A stretch of DNA of 64,000 nucleotides from Chiloscyllium plagiosum (GCF_004010195.1 NC_057758.1:3436750-3500749), one strand, 5' to 3'. Positions 13,901 to 27,891 are shown, counted from the first letter of the stretch. Made by a program: numbers and translations. Notes: generated by a model not told the origin, from the sequence alone.

Positions 13901-14040
13901 ACAAGGCCATGTCTCCCCCTCTTTTACCGCCTTGCCTGTTCTTAATGAAAGATTTAAACCCTGGATCCTGCAACATCCATTCCTCACCCTGCTCTATCCA
14001 TGTCTCCGAAATAGCCACAACATCGAAGTCCCACGTACTC
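10924..14040 (-). mobile_element. Near-complete degraded CR1 LINE ORF2 (APE endonuclease and RT)
   Basis: AISETW endonuclease motif at ~14018; RT motifs QHGFLKGRSCLTNL, AFDKVP and GVPQGSVLGP; tail at 10924. Confidence 0.9.
12318..12683 (-). mobile_element. LINE 3' end nested inside the 10924-14040 LINE
   Basis: ATAGAGTCATAGAG tail; the host LINE sequence (ATCCTCCAGTC...CTCTGGTACTAAA) resumes after it. Confidence 0.8.
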
Positions 14041-14292
14041 TATGTCACCTCCGATTATTAGAATCTCCAAAGGATACATGTGCAACTTTGAAATTGAACA
14101 CTTTTCTTTCCAATATCTCCCCGTCCCTTCTCTTTCTGTGTTTCTCACCTCCCTGCCTCCATTTGCCCAGATGAATAACTACGATAATTAAAACAACAGT
14201 GATGAACTGCTGGGCGTCTGAACCGAAAGCTGAAACGGCTGGAGAAACTCGCCATGTCTGACGGAATCTGGGAAGAGGGGAGCTGAGTTAAT

Positions 14293-14628
14293 GGCGCAGT
14301 GGCTCTATGGTTAGCAGTGTCTCCTCACACCACCAGGGACTCGGGTTTGATTCCTCCCTCATGCAACTGTCTGTGTGCAGTTTGCACATTCTCCCCGTGT
14401 CTGCCTGGGTTTCACCTGAGTGCTCCGGTTTCATCGCACAGTCGAAAGATGCGCAGAATAGGTGAACTGGCCATCCTAAATTAACCACTGTTTTCAGGGG
14501 TGTGTAGGTTAGGTGCATTAGTCTGGGGTAAATGCAGAATAGTGGGGAATAGGTCTGGGTGAGTTACTGTTCAGAGTGTCAGTCTGGACTAGTGGGCCAA
14601 ACGACCTGTTTCCACACTGTAGGGATTG
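14293..14628 (+). mobile_element. HE1-like tRNA-derived V-SINE
   Basis: A/B-box-like head (TGGCTCTATGGTTAG; GGTTTGATTCC), V-domain GTTTGCACATTCTCCCCGTGTCTGC and LINE-derived tail TTTCCACACTGTAGGGATT. Confidence 0.85.
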
Positions 14629-15049
14629 TTTTTTCATGTTTCAAGTCCTGCCTCCCTTCTTCAGAAATTAGTACTGTTATATCCACTCCCGTGTCGTTTA
14701 GAGGATTCAGCTGTCACCGTTTAATCTCTGCTGTTTTTACAAAGAACCTGTGGCGTTCTCTGGGAGAGTCATGCCTCGATTGGGAAGGATGCTGCCTCTA
14801 AGTGGACTGTGAAGAAGAGAAGACATCAGGGAATCTGCACAGCAGGTTCGAAAAATGATATATGTTTGGGGGGCCGGGGGGGGGATCAGATTGACATTTT
14901 GGACACACTGGCTGCATTCACCGATTTAGTAATTCACTGTACCCACATTTGACTGTCTACAGAGTTTAGGCCAAGGCATTTTCACACTGTTCTTATTTAG
15001 CTCTGCAAATGTAATGGCTGTAAAAGAATAACGAAGCACAATGAACAAA

Positions 15050-15975
15050 ATACGAAAAGATAAACTGCACAGGAACAGGCGCTTTGACCGTCCAAGCCCG
15101 CGCTGATCCAGAGTCCCTATCTAACCCTGTCACCTATTTTCTAATTATCTGTATCCCTTTGCTCCATGCCCATTCATGTATCTGTCGAGATACATCTTAA
15201 ATGACGTTATCATGCCTGCTTCTACCATATCCACTGGCAAAGTGTTCGAGGCACCCACCACATTCTGTGTAAAGCATTTTCCATAATATCTCCCTTTAAC
15301 CTTTCCCAACTCACATTGACCTCGTGATCCTTCGTCCCGAGTTCCCCAGTCTGTGAAAAAAAACTTCATGCTATTCACCACGTGTGTATCTCTCAAAAGT
15401 TTGTTTACAGAAATCAATTCCCCCTCAACTTTTGTCTTTCTAAGGAAAGTATTTCCAACATACTTTATCTCTCTTCACAGCCCTTCCCTCGTCAATCAAC
15501 TTTATCAATTCCACAAGTAATTCTATTAAGTTTGTTAGACATTACTTTCCCTCCATTAAACCATGCTGCCGGTTACTAATAAGCCCATTTTCTTGCAAAT
15601 CTAAATAGTTCCTTTGCCTCAGTATGTTCTCCAGCAGCTTCACCGCCGCTGACGTCAGGCTCATTGGTCTATAATTACCTGGACTATCTCTACTAACCTT
15701 CTTAAAAATAGCGACACCAGTCCTTTGGGACTTCAGCCGCGTTCAAGGATGCTGCAGAGATATCTCTGAAGATCCCAGCTCTTGCCACTCTCCCTTCCCT
15801 CATTCTCTTGGGCAAGATCCGATCAGGACCTTGGACTTGTTCGTTTTTATGCGTTTCAGACAACCAACCATTTCCTCCCTATTTATGCCGACTTTACAGA
15901 GTGTAGTCAAACATCCGACCCTAATCTCAACATCCATCATTTCCCTCTCTTTGATGAATACTGAGGCAAAGTACT
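15050..15975 (-). mobile_element. Old CR1 LINE fragments
   Basis: FTQNVVGASNTLP and NYRP-type remnants. Confidence 0.7.
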
Positions 15976-16749
15976 GTAGAGTTCAACCCTGTCAAGTGTG
16001 AGGTTGTCCATTTTGGAAGGACAAATAAGAATGCGGAATACAGGGTTAACGGTAGGGTCCTTAGTAAAGTGGAGGAGCAGAGGGATCTTGGGGTCTATTT
16101 TCATAGCTCTTTGAAAGTTGCCACTCAGGTGGATAGAGCTTGTAAGAAGGCCTATGGTGTATTAGCGTTCATTAGCAGAGGGATTGAATTCAAGAGTCGT
16201 GAAGTGATGTTGCAGCTGTACAGGACCTTGGTTAGGCCACATTTGGAGTACTGTGTGCAGTTCTTGTCGCCTCATTTTAGGAATGATGTGGAAGCTTTGG
16301 AGAGAGTGCAGAGGAGATTTACCAGGATGTTGCCTGGAATGGAGAATAGGTCGTATGAGGATAGGCTGAGAGTGCTAGGCCTTTTCTCATTGGAACAGCG
16401 AAGGATGAGGGGTGACTTGATAGAGGTTTATAAGATTATCAGGGGAATAGATAGAGTAGACAGTCAGAGACTTTTTCCCCGGGTACAACAGAGTGTTACA
16501 AGGGGACATAAATTTAAGGTGAAGGGTGGAAGGTTTGGGGGGATGTCAGGGGTAGTTTCTTTACCCAGAGAGTGGTGGGGGCATGGAATGCACTGCCTGT
16601 GGGAGTGGCAGAGTCAGAATCATTGGTGAGCTTTAAGCGGCAATTGGATAGGTACATGGATAGGTGCTTAAGCTAGGACAAATGTTCGGCGCAACCTCGT
16701 TGGCCGAAGGGCCTGTTCTGTGCTGTATTGTTCTATGTTCTATGTTCTA
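15976..16749 (+). mobile_element. CR1 LINE 3' portion (young)
   Basis: ORF 16069-16629 ([31 protein letters not shown]) followed by a TTCTATG tail. Confidence 0.9.
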
Positions 16750-19700
16750 TAACAATCTCACCCATTTTCTCTGGCTCCATGCATAACTTCCCTCCTTTTT
16801 CTTTGAGTTGCACAACCCTTTCTCGAGTTAGCCTCTTTCCCCTTTTATGCAAGAAAAAGGCTTTGAGATTGTCCTTAATCCTGTTTGCACAAAACATTTC
16901 ATAGTGTCTTTTAAACTTCTTAATTCTTCGTTTCAGATTGGTCCAACTTTCCCGATATTCACCCAAAGCTTCATCTGCTCTCAGTCACCTAGACTTTGAC
17001 TGTACATACTTTTTCCCCTCAGCTAATCTTACAATTTCACTTGTCATCCATAGTTCCTTAATCTTTCCATGTGTATCCGTCATTTTCGCAGGCACCTGTG
17101 TGTCCTGCACTCTCATCAAACTCTCTTGAAAAGCCTCCCACATATCAAATGTGGATTTACACTCTAAAAGCTCCTCCCAGTCCACACACCCAAATCCTGC
17201 TGAATTTGGCTGGAGTTCGCCTTCCCCCAGTTTAGCACTTTTCCTTTTGGACTACTCTCGTCTTTGACCACGAGGATTCTAAAAGTAACAGAAGTGTGAT
17301 CACTATTCCCAAAATAATCCCCAGCTGAATCTTGAACTACCTGGCCAGGCTTGCTCCTCAACATAATTTCCAGTCTGACCCCTTTCCAAGTGGGACTATT
17401 TACATATTGCTTTACAAAACTCTCTTGGATGCTTCCGACAAATTTTGTTCCATCAAGAACTCTAACACAAGTCATTCCCAGTCCATGTTGGGAAAATTAA
17501 AATCTCCCATTTTCACCACTATGTTGCTCCTATATATTTCCATAATCGGTTTATATATTTATACCTCTGTCTCACGCTCGCGTTGGGAGGCCCGTGGTAC
17601 AGCCCCAGCATTTGTTAACCACTGCCCATATTGCCTCACTGCCCGAGTCCTCCATGTGCCCTCCTTCAAAGAAAAGAACAAAGAAAATTTACAGACCTGG
17701 AACAGGTCATTCAGGCCCTCCAAGCCTGAGCCGATCCAAATGTACTGTCGAAACCTGTCTGTCAATTCCTAAGAATCTGTATCCCTCTATTCCCCATCTA
17801 CTCATGCTTTTGTCCAGATGCATCTCAAATGAATCTGCCTTGCCTGCCTCTACCACCTCTGCTGGCAATGCGTTCTAAATGCCCACCACCCTCTGTGTGA
17901 AGTACTTGCTGCGTGTATCCTCCTTAAGCTTTCCACCTCTCACCTTGAAAGCGTGACCTCTCGTTATTGAATCCTTCACCCTGGGAAAAAAGCTTGTCCC
18001 TATCCACCTTGTCTATAAACTTCATGAGTTTGTAAAGCTCAATCAGGTACCCCACAATCTCCTTTTTTCTAATGAAAATAAACCTAACCTACTCAACCTT
18101 TCTTCATAGCTCGCATCTTCCATACCAGGCAACATCCCCGTAAATGTTTTCTGCATCCTCTCCAAAGCGTCCACATCCTTTTGGTAGCTGAAATTTTGTT
18201 GCTGGAAAAGCGCAGCATCCAAGGAACAGGAGAATCGACGTTTCGGGCATAAGCCCTTCTTCAGGAACCTTTTGGTAATGTGGCGACCAGAACTGTACAC
18301 AGTATTCTAAATGCGGCTGAACCAATGACTTGTACAAATTTAATCTGCCTTGCCAGCTCTTATGCTCAATACCCCGTCCAATGCAGGCAAGCATACTATA
18401 GGCCTTCTTGACCACTCTATCAACCTGTGCAGCAACCTTCAGGGTTGGACCTGCACTCCCACATCTCTCTGCCCATCAACGTTTCCCAAGAGTCTTCCAT
18501 TCATTGCATAATTCGCTCGAGAATTAGTCTTGCCTAAATTCATCACCTCACATTGTCTGGATTGAAAACCATCTGCCACTTTTCCGCCCAAGTCTCCAGT
18601 CTATCTATATCCTCCTGTATTCTCTGACAGTCCGTTATGCTTTCTGCTACTCCAGCAATCTTTGTGTTATTTGCAAACTTGCTGATCATACCAACAGTGC
18701 CCTCTTTCAGATCATTTATGTATATTACAAACAACAATGGCCCCAACATTGATCCCTGTGGAACACCACTGGTCACCTTTCTCCATTTCGAGAAACTCCC
18801 TTCAACAACTAATGTCTCTGTCTCCTGTTGCTCAACCAGTTATTTACCCACCTAGCGAGAACACCCTGCACACCATGTGATTTCACTTTCTCCATTAGTC
18901 TACTATCGTGAACGTTATCAAACGCCTTACTAAAGTTCATGTATATGACATCCGCAGCCCTTCCTTCATCTATCAACTTGGTCACTTCCTCGAAGATCTC
19001 TCTAAAGTTGGTAAGGCATGATCTCCCCCAAAAGAAACATGATTCCTATCACTGATAATCCCATTGTTTTCTATATATAAACGGATCCGATCCCTCAGTA
19101 CCTTCTCCAGCAACTTTCCCACCACTGACATCAGGCTCACTGGTCCATAGTTTGCAGGAATATCTCTTCTACCCTTCTTGTACAGGGGGACAACATGTGC
19201 AACCCTCCAGTCGTCCGGCACCTCACCTGGATTTAAGGATGCCAGAAAAATATCTGTCAGGGCCCCAACCATTTCCTCTCTCGCCTCCCTCAGCAAACTA
19301 GGATTGATCCCATCTGGTCCTGGGGATTTGTCCACCTTAATAACCTCTAGCCTACCCAACACGTCTTCCCTACTTATGACAACGCGATCCCAACTAATCA
19401 AACTTCTATCTCTAATCTCAACATTCATCATGTTCCTCTCCTCAGTGAACACGGATGCAAAGTAATCATTCAGAATCTCACCTATTCTCTCAGGTTCGAC
19501 ACACAGCCTTCCTTCGTTATCCATTAGTGGACCAATCCTTTCTCTAGTTAGCCGGTTGCATCTTATATAAGAATAAAATGCTATTGGATTCTCCTTAATT
19601 CTGCTCGCTAAAGCTATTTCATGATCCCTTTTAGACCGCTTGATTCCTCATTTAAGATTTGTCCTACTCTTCCGATATTCTTCCAGGGCCCGTTCTGTTC

Positions 19701-21420
19701 TTAGCTGCCTAGAACTTTTCCTTTTCCTCTTGGCTAGTCGTACAATTTCTTCTGTCATCCACGGTTCACGAATCTTACCCTTCCTATCCTTTGCCTTCAA
19801 CGGGACATGCCTATCCTGCACTATCTTTAACCTATCTTTGAAAGCCTCCCACATCTCAAATGCGGACTTCCCTTCAAATAGCTGTGTCCAATCCATATTT
19901 CCGAGCTCCTGTCTAATTTTGATATACTTGGCCTTGGCCCAGTTTAGTACTCTTCCCTTAGGACCACTCTCTTCTTTGTCTATGAGTATTCTAAAACTTA
20001 CAGAATTGTGTTCGCTGTTCCCAAAGAAATCCCCTACTGCAACTTCTACTACCGGTCCTGGCACGTTCCCCAGTACCAGATCCAATATGACCACTTCCCT
20101 CGTCGGACTATTGACATACTGCTCTAGAAAACTCTCCTGGATGCTTCTTATAAATTCTACCCCATCCAGACTTCTGACATTAAGTGTATCCCAGTCAATG
20201 TTGGGAAAATTAAAATCTCCCATCACCACTACCCTATTGCCTCTACATCTTTCCATAACCTGTTTACCTATTTGTTCTTCTACCTCACACTCATTGTTGG
20301 GAGAGCTGTAACACAGCCTCAATCGTATAACTGCACCATTCTTATTTCTCAGCTCTACCCATTATGCCTCACTACCCAAGACCTCCGTAGTGTGCTCATT
20401 TGACATAGCTATGATATCGTCCTTAATGCAACTCTCCCCCCCCCCCCACCCCTTTTACTTCTCTCCCTGTTCTGTCTAAAGCGTCTATATTCTGGAACAT
20501 TTATTTGCCAGTAATCATGCCCTTCCTTTAACCAAGTCTTTGTGATTGCAATAACGTCATACTCCCAGGCACCTATCCAAACCCTACGTTCATCTGCCTT
20601 ACACACTGTACTCCTTGCATTTAATTGAATGAATTTTAGGCCACCAGCTTTTTTGCGCTCATCTGCTCTTTGCCTATTTTTCCCTTTATTCATGCTATCT
20701 TCATAATTCTTACAGTCTCCAATCTCCACCTCGCTGCCTAATGTATTCTCTTCTGGTTCCAAGTCCCTTGTTTAAAACTTCCAGAACAGCAGTAGCAAAA
20801 ACTCCCCAAGGACATTGGTTCTGGTCTGGTTCAGATGTAGACCATCCATTTTGTAATAGTCTCTGTCATATCCTCTCTGTTCAGTGGTGCAGCTCCTCCA
20901 TGCTTATCCCACCGGATGCCTCTATATCATGGTATATTTATTGCCAGTCTTGCACGATCCTTCAACCAAGTCTCATTACTATCAGTAACATCATACTCTA
21001 AGGTATTAATTCAAGCTCTAAATTCATCTGCCTTAACTTTTACACTTCTCGAATTAATACAAATGCATCTCAGACCACCTGCCCCTTTATGTTAATCATG
21101 TGCTCCCTCCCACCCCCTCACTTAGTCACGCTAACTTCAATATCTCATTCCTTACATGCTTTAGTTACTACCTCTTCATTATCTGCTAACTTCCTCATGT
21201 GGTTCCCACCCCTGGTGTCACATTCATTTAAAGTCTACACAACAGCGTTAGCGAGGTGACACTCAAGGACATTAGCTCCAGTCCAGCCCAGGTGTAGACC
21301 GTCCATTTTGAAATAGTCTCAGCTTCCCCACAACCGGTGCCAATTTTCCAAAAATCTAAACCATCACTCTTGCACCATCTCTCAGCCCTTCGTTCATCTT
21401 GTCTGTCTTTTCATTTCTAC
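16750..21420 (-). mobile_element. CR1 LINE array, including a long copy reaching the ORF1 esterase C-terminus
   Basis: Endonuclease MGDFNFP and LDLVL, RT GVPQGS and KSPGPDG; ORF1 SGNH-esterase motif DGLHL at ~20830 and ~21290. Confidence 0.88.
18187..18267 (-). mobile_element. 81-bp Penelope-derived mini-insertion carrying a minimal hammerhead ribozyme motif
   Basis: 10-bp TSD CCTTTTGGTA at 18177-18186 and 18268-18277; minus strand reads CTGAAGA-A-GGGC-TTAT-GCCC-GAAA-CGTC. Confidence 0.75.
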
Positions 21421-21529
21421 TGTGGCCAGCTATATCAGTGCACTGACCTACCCAGAGCCCACTGGCTGCCGAGGAAAGTCCTTTTTGAGGGAAATTTATC
21501 TTCCCAGCAGACCCCTGCTCCTCGCTGTC

Positions 21530-22110
21530 ATTGCTCCCTCTGCTACTGGAAATGGAGGCTGGGAATTGTGCAATGTATCACTCACTTCCTGAAACTGCCC
21601 AAAGCCCTCTTCACAATCGACACAAGTCAGGATGATAAGGGAATAATCCCCAACTGCACTGTTGGATGAAAATTCAACAACACTCTGGGAATCCATCTTT
21701 ATAGAAGACAAACAGCCAACGACTTTGGCATCACATTCACAAATGTCCACCTAACCAACTAATAACGCGAAAGAGTAATAATATCTGCTCCCTGCAGCAT
21801 GCACTCCAGAACTTTTCGAAAGATACTTAGGCAACACCTTCCAAACTGACAAGCATTTTCTTCTAGAAGGACATCTACAAGTTGACTTCCATGTCACTCA
21901 CCATCGTGACTTGACAATCTATTGGCCTTTCCTTCCGTGTGGCTGGATTAATGCCCGGATCATCTCCCTCAGCGAATTGTGTATTTACCTACAGCATGTG
22001 GACTTGCAACGTTTCAAGAAGGCAGCTCACCAACATCTTCTTAATGGGCAGCTACAGATGAGCAATAAACTTTGCTCTCAACCATTGACATCAACATTCC
22101 ACCAGAGCGG
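21530..22110 (+). mobile_element. Old non-LTR element 3' fragment of a second family (paralog at ~25690-26310)
   Basis: Aligns by eye with 25690-26310 and with the reverse complements of 27060-27450 and 36760-37440. Confidence 0.6.
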
Positions 22111-22265
22111 ACAAAAAAAATCAATAGCGAGATGACTTGGAAAATAGTCTCCAAACGGAAGTTTAAGTTGTATTCAATAATTTTGAAGGAGTGAATAGAA
22201 ACGGGTATGAATCCAACAACATAAAGAGGACTTGGATTCCTGGTAATTATAGTAGAGAATAAGAG

Positions 22266-23298
22266 TTACAGATGACACAAAGATTGCTGGAGCAGCAGGT
22301 AGTGAAGTTAACTGTCAGAGAATGCAGCAAAATATAGATAGTTTGGAGTGTTGGGCAGAGAAATGGCACTTGGAGTTCAATCCGGGCAATGTCAGGTGGA
22401 ACAGTTTGGAAGAGCCAATTCAAAATGAACCATACAGTAAATGGACAGGCTTTCTTCAACAGTGGAAACAGTGGCACAGAAGAATGGTCTCTGTATTTCA
22501 AGCATTAAGACTGATTTCTGTTAACTGATGCTGCCAGACCTGTTGTGTTTTCCCAGTACTTTATGTTTTTGTATCTGATGTCCCAAAATAAGCAATTCTT
22601 CCGTTTTGTTTGGGTCTGTCGGTTGGGCTGTGAGAAGGCCATCAGTAATGACAACAAAGATTGCTAGAGAAACTCAAATTTGCAGGAAGGGGATGACATA
22701 GGTTTGGCAAAGGAATAAGGAGTAAGTCAGTTAGGATTCCAGTTTCTGAAGATGCCAAATGCGTTGGAGTGGCAGAGATGGAAAGGATGGCAAATGACGA
22801 ATAAAGCCAAGAATTCCATTTTGCAGCAAAAGTCAAGAAATGATGCAACATCACACTTGTTTTTCAGGAGAGAGATTTCGACTATTTAAGCACACATCAT
22901 AAAAGGAAGAAGTACAGTTTGTGTGAGTCATTACAATGTCAAATTCCAAACTTCGATCCATGCATTATTCTTATTTACATCTGGAATGTGATCACCTTTG
23001 ATTGTGACAGCATGTTATTACCCTTCTTGACCACTCTATCGACTTACTTTTCCACCTTCAGGGTACAATTGAACTTAAAAATGAGATCTCTCTGGATATC
23101 AGTTTTCCCCAAAGCCTGTCCATTTACTGTATGGTTCATTTTGAATTGGCTCTTCCAAACTGTTCCACCTGACATTGCCCGGATTGAACTCCAAGTGCCA
23201 TTTCTCTGCCCAACACTCCAAACTATCTATATTTTGCTGCATTCTCTGACAGTTAACTTCACTACCTGCTGCTCCAGCAATCTTTGTGTCATCTGTAA
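22266..23298. repeat. Perfect 188-bp inverted repeat (22266-22453 / 23111-23298)
   Basis: Arms are base-for-base reverse complements; ORFs 22247-22501(-) and 22919-23404(+) share the same peptide. Confidence 0.92.
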
Positions 23299-25570
23299 AC
23301 TTGATGATCAGACCACTTCTACATTTATGTATATCACAAACAGCAATGGCAACTACACGGATTCCTGTGGACTACCACTGATCACAGTTCGCCATTTTGC
23401 GTAACTCCCTTCCACTACTAATTTCTGTGTCCTGCTGTCGAGCCAGTTCTTTATCGATATAGCTAGTACACCCAGGAGCCATGCAACTTCACTTTCTCCG
23501 CCACCCTACCATGGGGAAACCGATCAAATAACTCACTGAAGTACATATATATGCAATCTACATACCTTGCCTCATCAATCAACTTTGTCACTTCGTCAAA
23601 GAATTCTATTAAGTTGATATGACGTGAATTTCCTTACACAAAAAGATCTGCCGTTTACTGTTAAGCCCATTTTCGTGCAATCCTAAATGCATCCTATGCC
23701 TCAGTACTTATTCCAGCATTTTCCCCATCACTGACTTTACCTTGAACAGTCTATAATGGTCTGGATTATCTCTGCTACCCTTCACAAACAGAGGAACACC
23801 ATGGTACTCCTCCGAAACTCCCGGACCTCATACATGTTTAAGGATGCTGGAAAGATATCTGTTAAGGCCCCAGCTATTTCCTCCCTCGATTCTCTCTGTA
23901 ACCTGGGATAGAACCCATCAGGGCCTGAGGACAAAAAAAAAAACCTAATGCATTTTGCAAAAGCCAACACTTCATTCCTACTAATGCCGATTGATCTAGA
24001 GTAAACAAACATCTATCTTTAATCTCCACATTCTTAATATCCCTCTCCTCAGCGAATACCGATGCAAAATATTCATAAGATTCCGAATCTTCGCATAACT
24101 GAGTGGGCGAAAACTTTGTTGTGTTACCCTCTTGTTCCTTTAATACAAATATAAAGGTTTGGGATTTTCCTTGATGCTGTTTGCTCATGCTCGCCTTTAG
24201 AACTCTTAATTCCTCATGTAGGTTTTGTGCTGCTTTCCCGATATTATTCCAAAGCATCGCCTGTTTTCAGTCATGTAGACCTTACGTTTGATTCCTTTAT
24301 CCTCTTAGCTCGTCTCACAATTTCACCTGCCATCCATGGCTCCTTCATTTGTTTTCGATTTCTAGTCCTCAATTTCACAGGCACATGTACGTCCTGCACT
24401 CAACTCAATCTCTCTTTAAACATCAGATGTGGATTCACCCTGAAACAGCTGCTCCCAATCCACATTAGCCAACTCTTGCCGAATTTTGCTGCAGGTGGCC
24501 TTCCCACAAAGTATCAGTCTTCCAATAGGACCACTCTCTTCTTTGTTCATGGCTCTTCTGACACCTCCGGAATTGTGATTATTATTCTCAAAATAATCCC
24601 CCACAGAAGGTTCAATCACCTGGACGGGCTCATTCCCCAACACCAATTCCAGTATGGCCCCATCCCGAGTTGGACGATTTGTATACCACTATATAAAACT
24701 CTCTTCGATTCTCCTTACAATTTTGCTTCATCTAAATCTCTAAAACGAAGTGACTCTCAGTCAATGTTGGGAAAATTAAAATCTCTCAATACCACCACAC
24801 TGTTGCTCCTACATCTTTCCATAATTTGTATGTATACTTGTACATCAATCTCACACTACTGTTGGGACACCTTCCATATAGCCCCAACATTGTTACCTCA
24901 CACTTCGTATTTTTAAGCTCTGCCCATATAGCCACACTGCTCCAGTCCTACATATGACGTCCTTCAGCATGGATGTGATGTCTTCTCTGACCAGTAATGA
25001 AAGTCCTCCACTTATTTCAACTTCTTCTCTCTCCTGAATAAATCATCAATATCCTGGGATATCTACATGGCATTCTTGTCCATCCCTCAACTATTAGCAA
25101 TAGCAATACCACGATGCTCCCAGGTACTAATCCAATCTCGAAATTCATCTGCCTTTAACTTTAATGCACTTCTTGAATTAAAACAAATGCCCACTTCAGC
25201 CCACCTGTCCCTTTGCGTTCGTCATATGCTTCCCTTCTCCCCAGCCTTCACCCACCCCATTGGTCAGGTTGACTTCATTATCTCGTTCCTTATATGTTTT
25301 AGTTAGTACTTCCTTACTGTCCATTAATCTTCTCACTTGGTTCCGATCCACTTGCCACATTAATTTAAATAATCCAAAACAGCATAAGCAAAAGCACGCC
25401 CAAGGTCATTGTTTCCAGTCCTGGCGGGTGCCGTCTGTCCAAGTTGTAATAACCCCACCTCCTTCAGAACAAGTCCCAATGTTCCAAAAATCTGATCCCT
25501 TCCCTCCTGCACCATTTGATCAGCCATTCATTCATCCTGCCTACTCTTTAGTTTCTACTCTAACTGATAT
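23020..25570 (-). mobile_element. Highly degraded CR1 LINE
   Basis: Remnants SGPDGFYPRL and VLGNEPVQV..DYFEN. Confidence 0.8.
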
Positions 25571-27891
25571 ATCAGTTTACTCCCTGAACCATACTTTGTA
25601 AAGTGTTATTCGACGGCTCCCGCTTAGTCTTCACTCACATCGCCCCTGCTGCTGCAAAATGGAGGCCACTGACTCCTCAGGTCAGTCCTTTTAGAGAGAA
25701 ATTTACCTTCCCATCAGCCCCCGGTCGTGGCTCACACTGCTCCCACTGTTGCTGAAAATGGCGGCTGGGAATCCTGCAATCACTCGCTGCCCACCTGAAT
25801 CCCCCCCCCCCCCCCCCCCCCAAAGCCCTGTTCACCATCGACAAGGCACAAGTCAGGATTGTAATGGAATGCACCCCAACTATCCTGTTGGATGCAAATT
25901 CAACAACACTCTAGGAATTCAACACCACCAAAGATAAATTGCCCATTTGATTGTCACCACATCCACAAACGTCCACTCCATCTACGGACAATGCTCATCA
26001 TCAAGAATGCGTGCTACCTGCAGGATGCACTACCGCAATTCACAAAAGATTCTTAGACCGCACCTTCCAAGCTCATAAACATTTTCTTCTAGATGGGGAA
26101 AGTCAGCAGATACATCGGAAAAACAGCAGCTGCAAATTCGATTCCATGACACTCACCATCATTGAGTTGGAAATATGTTGGCTGTTCCTTCAGTGTGGCT
26201 GGATCAATGTCCTGGAATCGCACCCCTCAGGGAATTGTGCATCTACCTACAACATGCGGACTTACAGGTTTTCAAGAAGGCAGCTCACCAATTTCTTCTT
26301 TAGGGCCATCATAATGATGACTCGGTCCCTGGAAAATATCGTACAAAATAAACACCTTAAGGTACTTTCCTCAAAATTGCAAGAAGTGGCTTGGAAGACG
26401 TGTCGCTGTATCTGAAACGTTAAGTCGGATTTCTGTTCACTGATGCTGCCAGACGTGTTGTGTTTTTACAGTACTTGCTGCTTATGAATCTGATTTCCAA
26501 AAATCTACAGTTCTTCCGGGTTTTTTTGGTGCTGTACGTTGGTCTGTGAGAAGGCAATCAGTCAGGAGAGCAAAAATTGCTGGAGAAACTAAGGTTTGTA
26601 CGTCCGCCAGCTTATGTGGAGAGAAAGAAGATCGGAATTTATGGGTCCAGTTACCTTTCTTCTGAACTTAGGAGACAAACGCATCCTGTTGCTTGGGGTT
26701 CAATGACAGGCTCAAGTCTCAATCGCTAATTTCACAGGGATTTAACTGGTAAAACAGGCACGTTTTCGGATGGCGCATGTTTTGGCAAAAGAATGAGGAG
26801 TCAGTCAGAGAGGAATCGAGTTTCTGAAGAGCCAATGAGATTGGGGTGGTTGGGAGTGAAAAGGATGGCAAATGGCAAAAACGCCGAGAATTCCTGTTTG
26901 CAGGAAAAATCAAGGAGAAATGATGCAATGTCAAACTTGTTTTTCAGGAGAGAGATTTCGACCATTTAAGCACAGATTATTGAAAGAAGAAGGACACTTC
27001 GTTTGAATCATTACAATGTCAAATTCCAATCTTCGATCCATGCATTATTCTTATTTACTTGTGGGCTGGGAGCATCTTGGTTGTGACAGCATTTTATTGT
27101 GGGTCTCGATTTGACTCCGTGAGAAGGCTGTGGTGAATTGCCTTCTGAAACTCTGCAGTTTGTGGGATGCACAAACATTAATGCCGTTAACGATGGAGTT
27201 CCAAGATTGTGACTCAGTGACAGTGAAGGGATTAGCAATATATTTCCAAAATCAGGATGGTGAATGGCTTGGAGGGGAACTTGCAGCTCGTGCTGCTCCC
27301 ATGTATATGTTGCTCTTGTCCTTTTAGATGTAAGAGGCCATGATATTGGAAGGTGCTGATTAACGACCTTTGTTGCATTTGTGGAGTGAAACTGAGAAGT
27401 GCTAAACGTCGCTGCGTCGAGGCATCGATGTCTGAGGGAGTGAATGTCTGTGTCCTAGCGACAGAGAGTGCAAAAACCAGGATATTAAACATCAAAAGTT
27501 AAATGCTTACGTTTGCTGTAGCTTTTTTTTATGAGCGCAGTTTCAGGTCAAAACTACTTAGGCAGGATGTGGAGCTGGTCTGGAGGATCTTTGGTCAAGA
27601 AGTCAGGGTGGTAATGATATGGATCAGACGTACATGGTCACTTCCCAGAAGAGGAGATTTGATCGCTGTATTGAAACTCAACTTGGTCTTTGTAGGATTG
27701 AACTGACAAGGGGAGAGGTCGGAAAGGTAGGATCATCAAGCGATGTGGGAACTGAAAGCCTGTTGCTCGTGTCAATCTAAGTCACACAAGAGCCCCGCAG
27801 TCAGCGGAGATCACAAAGACAGAAGAAACATCCAAACTACTCAATCTCTCTTTATTTGACAGCCCACTCATCCCCGTATCAAGAGACTTAC

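Noticed and set aside
14293..14365. tRNA gene
   Set aside because: tRNA-derived SINE head that continues into the V-domain; no proper cloverleaf
19640..20311. 223-aa plus-strand ORF (and similar ones at 24227, 35038, 39362)
   Set aside because: Antisense frames of CR1 ORF2
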